The notes below the pieces were generated by a model. It did not search any database, had not been told where the DNA came from, and saw nothing but the letters and a program-made list of their open reading frames with translations. A stretch of DNA of 64,000 bases from Alloascoidea hylecoeti (taxonomy: Eukaryota), in the NCBI GenBank assembly GCA_001600815.1, contig BCKZ01000021.1, positions 248,001 through 312,000 of the forward strand, given 5' to 3'. Positions 12,001-22,983 of this stretch are shown here, piece after piece; position 1 is the first letter of the stretch, and every line of letters begins with the position of its first letter. A program made the position numbers and the translations under genes.

Positions 12001-12869
12001 GTTTGGTTTTACACTATTCAAGTTTGAGAAAAGAAAGTATTTGTATACTAAGTGATTTATTTTCAAGAATATTACAAAAACAGTCAATGATGTCTTATTG
12101 GTTATTATTAAAACCATTAATTGAAGATATCAGAGTTGATCTAACATTTTTTGGGATGACCGGTGTATTACGCTTAGACCGTAATAACAATAATGAAAGT
12201 AAAACAGGCATGGGACCAGAATGGTTAGAAATTTTAAATCATATTCGAGTTAAGGATAGAAAAATAATTGCTTCAATAATACGAAACTTTTTAAAACAAA
12301 ATATTATTTATGTGGCTGATTCAAACCAAAATGATTTCTTGATTTTAACTGATATTATCAAATACTCAAAACAAGAGCTTCATATATCTGTTCCTATCCC
12401 AATAGTATCAATCAATCACCACGTTGAAATCAAACTCCCCCCGGAATCACAATTTGTTGTAGGTGAACCTATTACAGCTACATTATCTATTCATTCTGCA
12501 TCTAAATGGAAAGGTTATCAATTGGATAATGAAGAAGATATTCCAAAAGCAAAATTCCAAGCATTTGTACAATACTCACATGATCTATGGGTTATTAGTG
12601 GGAAAAAACAATTTGTTTTCACTACAGGGGAGCCATTTAAAGATCTAGAATTAATACTTGTTCCTTTAAAACCCGGAAAACTCCTATTACCCAACGTTAC
12701 AATTAAACTTGTTAGTGAAAAACAAAAAACGCAATTACAAGAAAATGAATCTACTAAACAATCATCTGAAGCCATTGACAATGAAATTGTTTTCGAGACA
12801 GATAATATTAATGGTATCCAACGAGTTTTGGTTGTTGCCGAATTAAATAGAGTGACATTCACATTTTAA
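9072..12869 (+). CDS. TRS130: TRAPP-II complex subunit Trs130 (TRAPPC10)
   Basis: YDP....FPL.NLHWK, HQIPG....PY, PGWNF..FF..KE.LA.AF..M.LYDD.L..FD.L and TLFEF..F.F motifs; C-terminal W..SG.K..F and L.LVPL.PG.L.LP.V. Confidence 0.92.
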   Translation: MPGIDTLFLIFAMNGDNSLKDQGKIKIGYYDPHGLRSAVIPRLNVLFPLTNLHWKAKEPADLSPDDTPTSKQSSRPLRAITSLSVDLEEQKIEETSQQMHQIPGISSDPYVQLLFINCIDFDSYRNAVRPLIKDWLHKTVTSKRDPTGWLIIHYVPKGVKIKETTKFKMGLTEKIQYDFHNHCVTLNETVTESIKNILITRLKEELLNSFGERVSLYETEVLKLETKMDVPGWNFGRFFAMKEALASAFQNMSLYDDTLIQFDKLEDIFKKVINKPKSKNSDSTIVSFFTKIGFDHVPMNFIKQENISDLRKSILRNDVTLFEFKCFMFYCQVTALKNMAIVSASSSPSISAIHISDLLFRLIHFLTDINMFLKCSNKDPLMILDWNFILIDEFLVSTAAILPELTTPEIAKARGELLLMTRTSLLSIADQFKWYIPGHVIDVPIRPKSAKTPYEIKSELLYSYLSSEELLHSAFRRITGLALDEFRTAGLTRIVNSLIVDLALLDHKEGDYKNAAITLEKAPEMYNQENWSFISTNILLVYHDCLLKLQELQQKQQQDDNDSASEELPKNDYSKKLLVTELLLLSLLKNTPQKTNDYLPQVLKLSETTQLDYKLSDLFEFEILPYITYSEESKLYEIEIDIKNTMNSEFIYDQIVLEMTANDEDDDKIIFQPISKANKLINGSNKIILGTSQIIMGLFHLFKLTLITGKLSLFKHFTEDYLKLEKVCIYPSPMSLHSELRIPDVTILSMRCLTLDIFPGDEFTQFGKIEEGEVQFWSATEGLELLGRSITANVNDTEVNLDYDESETMTLKCKNVTLSPSESNTKYGELGKSKLTLSIPYTMSDPLKTELKLRTKITMSSNGKTQSLIFSTDIDISLDAAIIVQDIFKCSLFSKFNVSTADLVTPLRILSISLSDVEHYKISTNVGAIPSNNFNKTETEIHEEGSSCIVFPSQPASFAFKIEPKDGHVVSSDDYCSLVLHYSSLRKESICILSDLFSRILQKQSMMSYWLLLKPLIEDIRVDLTFFGMTGVLRLDRNNNNESKTGMGPEWLEILNHIRVKDRKIIASIIRNFLKQNIIYVADSNQNDFLILTDIIKYSKQELHISVPIPIVSINHHVEIKLPPESQFVVGEPITATLSIHSASKWKGYQLDNEEDIPKAKFQAFVQYSHDLWVISGKKQFVFTTGEPFKDLELILVPLKPGKLLLPNVTIKLVSEKQKTQLQENESTKQSSEAIDNEIVFETDNINGIQRVLVVAELNRVTFTF

Positions 12870-12985
12870 AAGAATAAATGCATTATGTTTTCAGCATGTT
12901 ATGCATGAACATTTATAAATTCCTTATACTTTTCTTCAGATTTATTTATATATTTGAATGTTCATTAATTGCATATATTTAATCA

Positions 12986-13816
12986 TCAGTTGACAGACAG
13001 ATTTTTAATTCCTTCTAATAAAGCGTCTGCCTGGGGTTTCACAGCAGTAACCTGTGGCTCGACATTATGTTCCAATAACCACTTTTGCGTAGTTGGCCCA
13101 ATTGATGCGATCCGTAGAGTGATATCTTGATTTTTACTTATTAGATAGTTGATTGATTCAAGTGCCTCATTAGCACCTTGAGGCGAAAAAAATACAACGA
13201 ATATTGTACTGTTTTTGTTAATTACTTTAGAAATCAGATCTAACTCATTAAAAATAGTTTCTTGCACGCCTTTTAATACTGTTGTTTTATAAACTATCTT
13301 TTCAAATAATCTGAGTTGCTTTCCAACAGACCCAAGTTTCCTTGGGATAATATCTCTCCTCGTTTCCCCAGTGAAAAATACAATACTAATTTTTGTTTTG
13401 GAACTTGATATTTGATATTCGTAATCTTGTAGTATCAAATCAGCCAAAATGGAACCGTTACCCGCATCAGATCCACCACGAACATCACTAAAGTCCAGTT
13501 TTTTGAGGACTTTTGAAGTAGCTGGACCTACGGTATATACAATTTTCTGTAGAATCTCTTGGAGACATTTTGGTTGATTTGTCTTGATTAATTGAAGCGC
13601 TGAATCTAAAACTTCGACAGCCCTCTGTGAGGTAATGATAAATGAATCTGATTCTAGAAAATCTGGTGATTGGAGATACCTAATCAGACCTTGATGATCT
13701 ACAAACTCGTGAGATAAAAGAGGTATAAAATGAGGTGTGATTCCTGCGGAAGAAAATGTGTCATTATAGGGGTCTGACGGGATTGTTTTGTTTTTCAAGA
13801 GAAGAGCATGGGACAT
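12986..13816 (-). CDS. HEM4: Uroporphyrinogen-III synthase
   Basis: LLLKNKT.P.DPY, IITSQRAVE, YTVGPAT, GETRRDIIP, VY.T, FFSPQG, SIGPTT, A.KP motifs. Confidence 0.95.
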   Translation of the reverse strand: MSHALLLKNKTIPSDPYNDTFSSAGITPHFIPLLSHEFVDHQGLIRYLQSPDFLESDSFIITSQRAVEVLDSALQLIKTNQPKCLQEILQKIVYTVGPATSKVLKKLDFSDVRGGSDAGNGSILADLILQDYEYQISSSKTKISIVFFTGETRRDIIPRKLGSVGKQLRLFEKIVYKTTVLKGVQETIFNELDLISKVINKNSTIFVVFFSPQGANEALESINYLISKNQDITLRIASIGPTTQKWLLEHNVEPQVTAVKPQADALLEGIKNLSVN

Positions 13817-14013
13817 TGCGATGATTGTGCATGAAAACAGGTGTTGATTAGATGAGAACAGTATATTTAGCTATTGTAATTAATTAAATGAGAACAAAAC
13901 AAAACTTCAACAAAATTTATTATATAAAACAAAATATATTACTTTTATATACCTATAACTATAATACAACTATTTACATGCCGATTTAGTGTTGGTGGTT
14001 TCATATTTAATTT

Positions 14014-16110
14014 TTATATCTTAGACGCGAAAAACATTTGTTTGATAATTCCACTTATACCCCGAGTGAAAAAAGAATCTTCAATTGATTTAATTTCAAC
14101 TTCCATTTCAATAATTTGTTCATCTGGCGATAAAGTTAAATCTAACATCTTCGGCATATATGTTCTCGGCTTCATAACCTTTAACTTATAATGTCTTGTA
14201 TTCCCGCTATTTCTTCTCTCGGTTACACTTGAAGTATTTCGATTTGCAATGATGTGTAACAGTCTTGATCTTTTCCTTTGTAAGAAATTAACATGATCAT
14301 GTAGCCTTTTCCCTATTTTCATATAGCGTATCACTAATAAGAGTAACATTCCAATGATAAATAAGCAACCTATTAAAAATTGAACATATAAAAAGAGAAA
14401 TGACTTGCCATCTCTTAATATTTCCAATTTCATAACAATAAACCTAGAAAATACAACTGATATACCACCAAAAGAAGATGCAATAGCAATTGCATAGGGA
14501 ATGAGTTTCATAGATAGTGAATCCGAGGCAAGTAATGGAAAATTTATCCAAATCATTCCTACAAGAGCACCATTGATTAACGAGTATGGCGCTATAGAAC
14601 CAATGCTTGTGGCAGGAATCCAAAAAGCAAATGCCAAAACACCTCCCAATAAAGAGTTTAAAATAGCCATGTTAATTTTACCAAAAATATCCGATAGTAG
14701 CCCTAAAACTGGAAGCCCTAGTATTTGACCTACACAAAATAGAGTAATCACTATTTTACTTTCAATAGTGCTAAGATTTATCGACGAACAATATAAAGGA
14801 AGTGAAACCTGAAAACAAAAATAAGATAGCATCATCATTGCCACCCATATATAAGCACAAATATGCCTAGGACCAACCAAGCTTTTAAATTCATTCGATT
14901 TTCTAAACTCCATCTCTTCATTTGGCTTAACTATAGCCAAATTTTCTTTTCCTCTTCCCAACAATATAACCATGGCTGATAATACCGCGATCGCGATACC
15001 CACGAATCGTAGGGACCAAGAAACGTTGCTGGTTTTATCCAGTAGCAGTTGAGGAATCCAATAAAAAAGTAACCCCCCTATTCCTATACCTGAATTTGCA
15101 AATCCCAGTGCGGTTGCTTTTCGTTTTGAGCTCTGTGATAAGCGTGTCACCAGAGCAATAATCACAGGAATATATACCAGACCTGATCCAATTGGAATAG
15201 CCAAACCCTGGCCAAGGAAGAGTTCCCAATCCCTCGTGATCTTAAAGGAAGTACCAATATAACCAGCTATTTGAATGCAAGCACCAAAAAGTACTGTTGC
15301 TCGTATACCAATAAGATTTGAAAGAGTAATTATCAATGGTGCTAATATCAGACCCATGCTTGAATTTAATCCAGATAGAAAGTAATATCCAGTTGAGGAA
15401 ATGCTTCGCAAAATGCTGGTTGGTTGATCTAAATAATGTTTTACCATAATATTATAAAACTCTGTTGCTCCCCAGGAAGCAATATTACACAAGAATGCAC
15501 AACATAGACAGGCCCACTTGGCTTTTATGGGTACAGGTTCCGTAATAGTATTTGGCTCTGATTTAGATTCTATTGGACAGTTCTTTGCAATCTGATCAGG
15601 AACCGCTTTCTTTGTATTTTTGTGGGAAGGGGAAGTAGGCCATACAGTATCAGGTGTCTTCACAATTGAATCTTTTATTGCTGGTCTAATGTCAGTATCA
15701 TGTTCAAATATGACACTAGAATATGGCGACATTATAGGTCGGAATGGTGAGCGTAATGGTAAATCTGATAATGATTGAGATCGCGATAGCGATCGTGATG
15801 ATGATCGTGATGGTGATTCAGACAACACAGCCGGTGTAGCGGATGGTGAAGCTCTTTCACTAGTTGTATCTTCTAACTTTAAATAACCACTGCTTTTTGC
15901 TGTTTTTAAACCTCCTGAAGCTAATAGAATAAAAGAACCACTTAGACTTCTGCTGATTTCTGCATTTTGGCTCAGCATTTGATCAATCACAGGGTAAAGT
16001 CTGTACTCTTCATCCAATGTATCTTCTAGAATGGGAAAGTTAAGCGTCGATTCATATTCTTCTATTGCTTCTTCAATAGTAGAAAGCATAGAGTCTATAT
16101 CAAACACCAT
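14014..16110 (-). CDS. MFS monocarboxylate-permease homologue (MCH/ESBP6-like)
   Basis: Ser/Pro-rich N-terminal extension followed by ~12 hydrophobic segments; W.L.L.QG...GSGL.Y.P, R..A.G....G.G.GG and G.LSD.FG.IN MFS signatures. Confidence 0.82.
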   Translation of the reverse strand: MVFDIDSMLSTIEEAIEEYESTLNFPILEDTLDEEYRLYPVIDQMLSQNAEISRSLSGSFILLASGGLKTAKSSGYLKLEDTTSERASPSATPAVLSESPSRSSSRSLSRSQSLSDLPLRSPFRPIMSPYSSVIFEHDTDIRPAIKDSIVKTPDTVWPTSPSHKNTKKAVPDQIAKNCPIESKSEPNTITEPVPIKAKWACLCCAFLCNIASWGATEFYNIMVKHYLDQPTSILRSISSTGYYFLSGLNSSMGLILAPLIITLSNLIGIRATVLFGACIQIAGYIGTSFKITRDWELFLGQGLAIPIGSGLVYIPVIIALVTRLSQSSKRKATALGFANSGIGIGGLLFYWIPQLLLDKTSNVSWSLRFVGIAIAVLSAMVILLGRGKENLAIVKPNEEMEFRKSNEFKSLVGPRHICAYIWVAMMMLSYFCFQVSLPLYCSSINLSTIESKIVITLFCVGQILGLPVLGLLSDIFGKINMAILNSLLGGVLAFAFWIPATSIGSIAPYSLINGALVGMIWINFPLLASDSLSMKLIPYAIAIASSFGGISVVFSRFIVMKLEILRDGKSFLFLYVQFLIGCLFIIGMLLLLVIRYMKIGKRLHDHVNFLQRKRSRLLHIIANRNTSSVTERRNSGNTRHYKLKVMKPRTYMPKMLDLTLSPDEQIIEMEVEIKSIEDSFFTRGISGIIKQMFFASKI

Positions 16111-17370
16111 ATTAAATTGTAGCTATATGACTTTTGGATAAAAGGTGGTATATGTTGTAGGTATTTTGACAATTGACAAGGGCTTGACTTTAACCTTAAG
16201 CTGGTGATGATGAGAAAGAAGAAGCGAAAAATGAAACAGAAACTCAGATTATTTTATATACCTATAACTATTAGAAATGGATAATTAAAATTATCGTGAT
16301 CAGGTTGGATTGCGATATTGATGATTATCAAGTTATATCAACTAATTTTAGCCTAGATCTAGAACAATGTTTATGCTATGTATATACTCCCGGTAAATGT
16401 TTTCAGTCAAATATTAAATATTCCATAGCAGGTATATCTATAATTTTAAAGTTTTCTTTGATGGATATTCTTAAGAATAACTTGTGTGAAGTAGTAATAA
16501 TCCCGATACTGATGTTTAACCACGGCGAGGAATTATAATAAAGGTGGACAGGTATGCATATTGTCTTATATGCCAATTTCCCCTGAAATTAATGTATTGG
16601 CTATAGTCAGCAATCTAATCCTTTTTCCAATGATATAGCAGTATTATAGCCATACTTTAAATATTATTCTATTAATGTAAAGTATCTGATGTCATTGGTA
16701 ATCCACAATAATTATATATAACTACTTGCAATTGAGTGGCTGATAAAATATAGAATACAGTACCTCTTGTACTGCCTCGGGGTATCTACAATTATAATCT
16801 TTAAATTTACTATATTAATTAGAAAATCTTGTCTATATATAGAAAAGCTTTTCGTTTATTCTGAGTAACGTAGACTTAATTTATGTAGTATTTGGATATT
16901 GAGATGCTTATGCAGCTGTAAGGTACACGTTAATATATAGATGATCTTAAATATTGCAAATATATAAATAAACGAGATTTAAATTTTGAACTTTATAGTT
17001 TAATTATACAAAGCTATACCGGTATCTATTTTTAGTCATACTTATGAAACTTCATAATTGAAAATAAATGTAATTTATAGAGCATCCAGAAATAGTTTAT
17101 GGCCGTATTAATATATATATCATATATATTTTGAAGCAAAAGCACATTTATGACTGTTCTATTTCCAATAATAAATCAACAAGTAATTCAATTCACAAAC
17201 AACTTGAATATAAACAATCATAATACATAAATATGTAGAAATAGAAATATCAAGACTAAGAAAAATGGGTATGGCCCCATATAAACCTTATTATTGCTTA
17301 TCGTTTTCTTAATAATCTTTAAAATCCTTAGCGCTATGCATGGTCAATTTATTCGTGAGAATCATTAAAA

Positions 17371-19650
17371 CTATATCCAATTCAAGACCCTTTTTGCTTT
17401 GTCAACTTTGTCCTGAATGATTGACACCCAATCAATAGCCCTATCGTATTTACCATCAACAATTGCATCGTGTAAACCAGGTAAAATATCACCTGCGTAA
17501 CCCAAATATCTATGTGGTCCATAAATTACGTGTTTGAACCATTCTCTACCATTGTCCAATCCATCATCATGTAAAAAAATACGATCAAAAGCAGATAATT
17601 TAAAATTAGCAATCTTTATTCTAAATAATAATGAGAGCTTTTTCAATGATTTGAACCATGGGTAATCAATCGTTAATTGTTCTTTTAAATCTTTGGTATA
17701 TTGGTCATAGCCATTTGCAGCATCAATAAATCCATAAATGGATTCTTTAAGATTATTTAATGATAAATCAAAATCAGTTTTATTCCATGAATCAGGTATA
17801 TCTTTGTAAACATGATCAACATATTGTTTAATTCCGTACGCATAATCTGATACTTCAAAGGATATGATTTCATTATCACTTAAAGTTAATGCTAATAAAC
17901 CAAGATATTTTGCAACGGCGCTGTGATATTTAAATCCTGGATCAGCAAATTCATCCATCCAATGGAAAGAATCATAATTAGAATGATAATGATAAACTGG
18001 ATCGTTGTTCCTATCTCTAAAACCCATATCAATTGATGGGATTCCAAGATGATTTTGAAATACAGAATAATCAGTCCCAGATCCTAACGTTTTAATAATA
18101 GCACCAGATTCTTCCTCCCAATGGTCATAAATTGAACCATTGACTGGATGAGGAATCTTTTTGGCAATTGATTTGGCAAGAGTATTCATTAATGGTGACG
18201 AAGAAACTCCAAAATGTGTACCTGATACACCAACATCTAAATTTAAATAAGCAACACACTTGGTTTTCAAATCTTTTGCATTATCCTCACCCCATTCCGT
18301 TGAACCAAGCATTGCGTACTCTTCACCATCCCAGGAGGCAAAAATAATAGTTCGTATTGGTTTCCAACCTTTTAATTGTAAATCATGAAGAGCTCTTGCG
18401 ATCTCTAAAATTACTGCTGAACCACTGTTTGGATCGCCAGCTCCTCCAACAATCCATGAATCTCTATGATTTCCAATAACAATATATTCATCATCAACAA
18501 TACCATTGATTCTCCCTATGACATCAACATTTGGTACTATTTTATATTCTTGTAGATTGTATAAATTGAGAGGAGTGGTACTCGGTCCTACATGATAGCT
18601 GAATTCATCTAATCCACCTTTCCAACCAAGATCAATTGACTTTTGGAAGTTTAACGTTTTGAGAATAGGTAAAGCTTCTCTGTAACTCATTGGTAAGCTC
18701 GGAATTTTCGGAATAGTTATAGGTTCAACTCTTTTTGAATGTTTTTTACTTGCCCAACCCGGAGTTGTTGGATCGCCGGGTGTTTCACTCCATAATTGGA
18801 CACTACCTCTTTGTATACTTGATGGATTTCTAGCTGGTCCTTCCGGATAAGCTTTTATTCCCTTTTCTTTATCTATTCTTACATTATCATCACCTGGGTC
18901 AGAATACATTAAAACTCCAACACATCCATGATCTTCTGCAAATTTAACTTTTAAACCTCTTAATATATTACCGTATCTTACGATGGCGATCTTCCCCTGA
19001 AGATCAACTCCGTTTGCCTCCAAGGCTTCAAAATCTTCCTTTCTTCCGTAATTTGCAAATATAAAATTGGCGGTAACATTTCCATTTGCTGAATAACCAT
19101 GAAAAGCCGGAATAGCATCAACTGACCCAGTTGTTTTATCTTCACTTAAAATGTCTTCTTTTAAAGTAGGTTGGTATACAATATTACCATCGCCATCCAG
19201 TAATTTTAAAGACATATTTAAAGGAGTATTAAGAAATACATCATACTTTTCTAACTCTGTTTTTAAACCATATTTCTGAAATTGTTGTCTTGTCCATTGA
19301 ACATAATGGTCGTTAGTCCCAGCTAGATGCGCTTCATTTGTATAAAATTGAACAATTTCTCTTGCATTATTCTCTTCTAAACTTTGAAAGAATAATCTTT
19401 CTACTTCATAGAATGGTAATGGTTGATTATGTAAACGTCTTAAATCCCTACTTAATGAGGTTCGAGGCCAGAAAACCAGATTAAACAAGAAAATAAATGC
19501 AACACCACAAACTATAAATACATAAAATCTGAGCCATCTTGTAGGTTTCAGAGGTGCAGTTGAGTCTAGTACTGATGAGCCGGAAGACTGGGTTGTATGG
19601 TCCCCGCCCTCGGGTTCCGAAACAGGAAGTAAAGGATCCGATTCTGACAT
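17371..19650 (-). CDS. VPS70: Transferrin-receptor-like/glutamate carboxypeptidase II family protein (PA, M28 and TFR dimer domains)
   Basis: Single N-terminal TM segment; GKIAIVRYG, SIQRGSV, GDPTTPG, IGNHRDSW, GAGDPNSG, SWDGEEY.MLGSTEW, YHYHSNYD, WFKHVIYGP. Confidence 0.85.
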   Translation of the reverse strand: MSESDPLLPVSEPEGGDHTTQSSGSSVLDSTAPLKPTRWLRFYVFIVCGVAFIFLFNLVFWPRTSLSRDLRRLHNQPLPFYEVERLFFQSLEENNAREIVQFYTNEAHLAGTNDHYVQWTRQQFQKYGLKTELEKYDVFLNTPLNMSLKLLDGDGNIVYQPTLKEDILSEDKTTGSVDAIPAFHGYSANGNVTANFIFANYGRKEDFEALEANGVDLQGKIAIVRYGNILRGLKVKFAEDHGCVGVLMYSDPGDDNVRIDKEKGIKAYPEGPARNPSSIQRGSVQLWSETPGDPTTPGWASKKHSKRVEPITIPKIPSLPMSYREALPILKTLNFQKSIDLGWKGGLDEFSYHVGPSTTPLNLYNLQEYKIVPNVDVIGRINGIVDDEYIVIGNHRDSWIVGGAGDPNSGSAVILEIARALHDLQLKGWKPIRTIIFASWDGEEYAMLGSTEWGEDNAKDLKTKCVAYLNLDVGVSGTHFGVSSSPLMNTLAKSIAKKIPHPVNGSIYDHWEEESGAIIKTLGSGTDYSVFQNHLGIPSIDMGFRDRNNDPVYHYHSNYDSFHWMDEFADPGFKYHSAVAKYLGLLALTLSDNEIISFEVSDYAYGIKQYVDHVYKDIPDSWNKTDFDLSLNNLKESIYGFIDAANGYDQYTKDLKEQLTIDYPWFKSLKKLSLLFRIKIANFKLSAFDRIFLHDDGLDNGREWFKHVIYGPHRYLGYAGDILPGLHDAIVDGKYDRAIDWVSIIQDKVDKAKRVLNWI

Positions 19651-19914
19651 GGCGAAAGAATGGAAAAAGAGGTTAAAATCACAATATGTTATTGTTCCTG
19701 TTATCGCACCTGACCAAACGTAAAGGTAGGGTAACGTATTGAGTTATCGCCTTCACGTGAGCTAACTTTTAGATCTAACAACCCTCGGCTCCTCCATTAG
19801 ATAGCTCCCTCATTCTACATACAGTACCTGGAAAAAATAGTTTCTTTTTCAACATCCGGACACTTTTTTGTAGACCTTAATCAGCTATTTTTTATAGGTA
19901 GATTTTTTCCTTCC

Positions 19915-20980
19915 TATGCTTGTGAAGCTACTTCTTCAATTAGAACAGTTGCTGCCTTAACGAGACAAGAAGGTGTTTGGGATACTTATCGTAATATAGT
20001 TAAAGCTCAAGTTAGATCATCNGCAATTTCTGTTGCNAANTCNGCNTTACTTTTTGGAGCAGGAGAAGGATCTGTTCCATGGATTATGGGTCTTGGATTT
20101 TGGTATGGTGCAACTTTAATGAGAGAAGGGAAATCTACTTCATTTCAATATTTTGTTGCTTTCATTTCTGTTATCTTTGGTGCTCAATCTGCTGGTGCTG
20201 TATTTTCATTTGCTCCTGGTATTGGAAAGGCAAAACAAGCTACTCAAAATNTTTATAAAGTTTTAAAAAATAAACCTAAAATTAATACTGCTTCAAAAGA
20301 ATTGAACCAAATGAAATCCAAGGTGATATAGAATTTGAAAATGTTCATTTTAGATATTCAATAAGAACAAAAGTTCCAGTTTTAAGAGGATTAAATTTAA
20401 CAGTTAAAAGAGGCCAATATGTAGGATTAGTTGGCTCTTCTGGTTGTGGTAAAAGTACAACTATTGGTTTAATTGAAAGATTTTATGATCCATTACATGG
20501 TAAAGTTTTACTTGATGGTGAAGATATTACTACTTTGAACATTAATGATTATAGGAAATGTATTTCTCTTGTTCAACAGGAACCTATTTTATATTCTGGA
20601 AGTATCAAAGAAAATATCAGTTTAGGNACCGATCACGAAGTTAGCGAAGAAGAAATCATTGAAGCTGCAAAATTAGCGAATATTCATGATTTTGTTATAT
20701 CATTACCAAATGGTTATGACACAATGTGTGGTTCAAAAGGTACATTATTATCAGGTGGACAAAAACAACGAATTGCAATTGCAAGAGCATTAATTAGAAA
20801 CCCCAAGATTTTATTATTAGATGAAGCAACAAGTGCTTTAGATTCTGAATCAGAAAAGATTGTGCAACAAGCTATGTTTTTGAAAATGGAAAGATTTTAG
20901 AAGAAGGTACTCATGAACAATTGATGAATAATAAATTAAGATACTATGAATTAGTCAGATTACAAGCATTAGAAAATTAA
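19915..20980 (+). pseudogene. 5'-truncated ABCB/MDR transporter pseudogene (end of TMD2 plus NBD2)
   Basis: ACEATSSIRTVAALT, LGFWYG, a frameshift near 20300, QGDIEFENVHFRY, Walker [36 protein letters not shown]. An internal deletion near 20875 removes the H-loop (AHRLST) segment. No 5' three-quarters of the gene; scattered n bases. Confidence 0.88.
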
Positions 20981-21423
20981 TCATAAATTTATAATTTATC
21001 AAAAAATATTTGTCTTTTTATTTTTTAATTTACCTTGGTGCTAAACACTTCATTCTCATTATTTTATAATAATATTTATAAATATTATATTTGTGGCTAG
21101 TATTACCTATTGTTACTATGCAAATGATTAAGCTTTTACTTTATTTTGATTTATTCTCATAAATACTTATTATGATAAATATATAGCGTTTAAAATAAAT
21201 CTTTCTTTAAAATATACTGACTTATATAAGTTATACCCAATCAAATGTGATATTCAAAAAATTGTGTGTATGAAAACTGTTGTGACACCAAATAAGTCTG
21301 GTTTAAAAATGAGAGTGAACTAACCACACACCAGTAACTGTAAAGATAATAAAGTGATCCCCAATTGTAGATGATTTATAAGCTCTAGAACACAATGACT
21401 TATAACCGGATTAATCAATTAAT

Positions 21424-21600
21424 ATTGCCTTTAGCTCAGGTTCTCAATGCTTATATCTCATCCAAGTTAGGTGGAAATGTCAATGAAACCAGTCTAGTCA
21501 CCCAAAGAATTATTCTTGGTCCTTTCCAGCTAAAATGGTAGTTTTATTAAATGAATGATGTAATTCTACTCTATGGACTACTTTTTCCCAGAACTTTCGA
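21424..21600. repeat. Diverged direct repeat, copy 1 (copy 2 at ~26051-26216)
   Basis: cctttagctcagg..gcttatatctca..gtcacccaa..tcttggtc..aggta aligns by eye with 26055-26170. Confidence 0.7.
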
Positions 21601-21934
21601 GAGAGGAGGTTTAGTTTTTTTTTTTTTGGCTTCTATGCAAAACATTTACCTATTCTAGTTTTTTATAATGTCAGTGTATTGATATTTAAGAGGTGTGCTT
21701 TTTAGCTCTACTGTTTGTCAGGCCAGAATTTTTGAACCTAACTCTTAGTCTTAAATTTTATCAAAGAAAGTAATAACCAAAAGAAATTTCATTAATAAAT
21801 ATATTTTTGTGTTATTTCAATTCATTGTATTAATAAAAATGGCCAAAAATATTTAATATAAATATGAATATAAATATATCTATTAGCATATAACAAATTA
21901 TCTATTATAAGTGGTGTAAATATGTGAAATACAC

Positions 21935-22694
21935 TTAGAAGGGTAAAGATTCTCCATCATAATTTAAAAATGATCCGGAACTTTCAATAGTAAGACCACT
22001 CAAAACTTTCAAAATAGAAGAGACAGATTCTTCGGGGATTAAGACCTTGAACGTTTGATCTCCATATTCACCTTGATCACCTACTTTGAGACCAAGTTGT
22101 TTGATAAACTTTTTACTCATATCAGTTGGTACCACACCCGGTTGAAACGAAGTAACAATGATACCATCTTTCTTTAAATTTATAGATAATACCTTCATAT
22201 AATAATTAAGCGCTGCTTTGGATGCCCCATATGCCGGAACAATATCAATAGTAGTTGCGCCAATAGATCCAAGAAGACTAGAAATGAAGATGATTTTAGG
22301 TGATATCCTTTTTGATAAAAATGGACGAAGTGCTCTAACAAGTAAAACTGGACCGATTGAGTTGACGGTAAATATTTTGGAAATCAGAAGCCGGGGTTTC
22401 TAGTATTGGTATAGTATTCNCACCACCGATTCCAGCATTTGANATCAAAACATCAATTCCATTAGTATACTTAGAAACTTGATCAGGTAAACCGGCAATA
22501 CTNTCCTCACTTGAAACATCAAGTTTGACGATTTTGGTATTAGNATGTTNCTTAGACCATTCTTGTAACTCTGTAGCTTTATCTGGATTTCTTGCAGAAG
22601 CAATAACTAGATTATCAGAATGTAAAGATAATTGTTTAACAAAGGAAAANCCAATTCCTCTATTTCCCCCAGAGATAAAATAAACGGTTGTCAT
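21935..22694 (-). CDS. Short-chain dehydrogenase/reductase (CsgA/sniffer-like), copy 1, with an apparent frameshift at ~22370
   Basis: MTTVYFISGGNRGIG (TGxxxGxG-like), LDV, NAGI, then after the frame change TVNSIGP, ISS, YGASKAALN (YxxxK), PGVV.TDM, SGSFLNYDG..LPF. Confidence 0.85.
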
Positions 22695-22924
22695 TTTCAG
22701 AATTGCAATAGATAGAGTATAAATTGAAGTTAATTTCAAATTTAATTATAAAAAATTATTTTTATAATTATTTTTACAATTGAGAAGAAGGAATGATATT
22801 GAATGTTATTTATATCCATAACACGTTTCGAATTGTAGCGATATATCCCAGAATAATATAGAAATTTTCAATTCTAATTAGAACAGTAATCTGATAGTAA
22901 TCTGAGCTGGAATTAACGGATTCA

Positions 22925-22983
22925 TTAGTAATCTTGAAGTGAGAGATCAATTAGTAATGTAGAAATGGCGGATGAATTAGTAA
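22925..22983. promoter_or_regulatory. Three Yap1/AP-1-type response elements (TTAGTAA) upstream of the SDR gene
   Basis: TTAGTAA at 22925, 22951 and 22977, with near-matches at ~22884 and ~22894, lying 230-290 bp upstream of the SDR ATG (22694). Confidence 0.6.

Noticed and set aside
22360..22385. SDR copy 1 as a true pseudogene
   Set aside because: The frameshift falls in a short T run in a region with n calls, and the catalytic motifs are intact. A consensus error is at least as likely; unresolved without reads.
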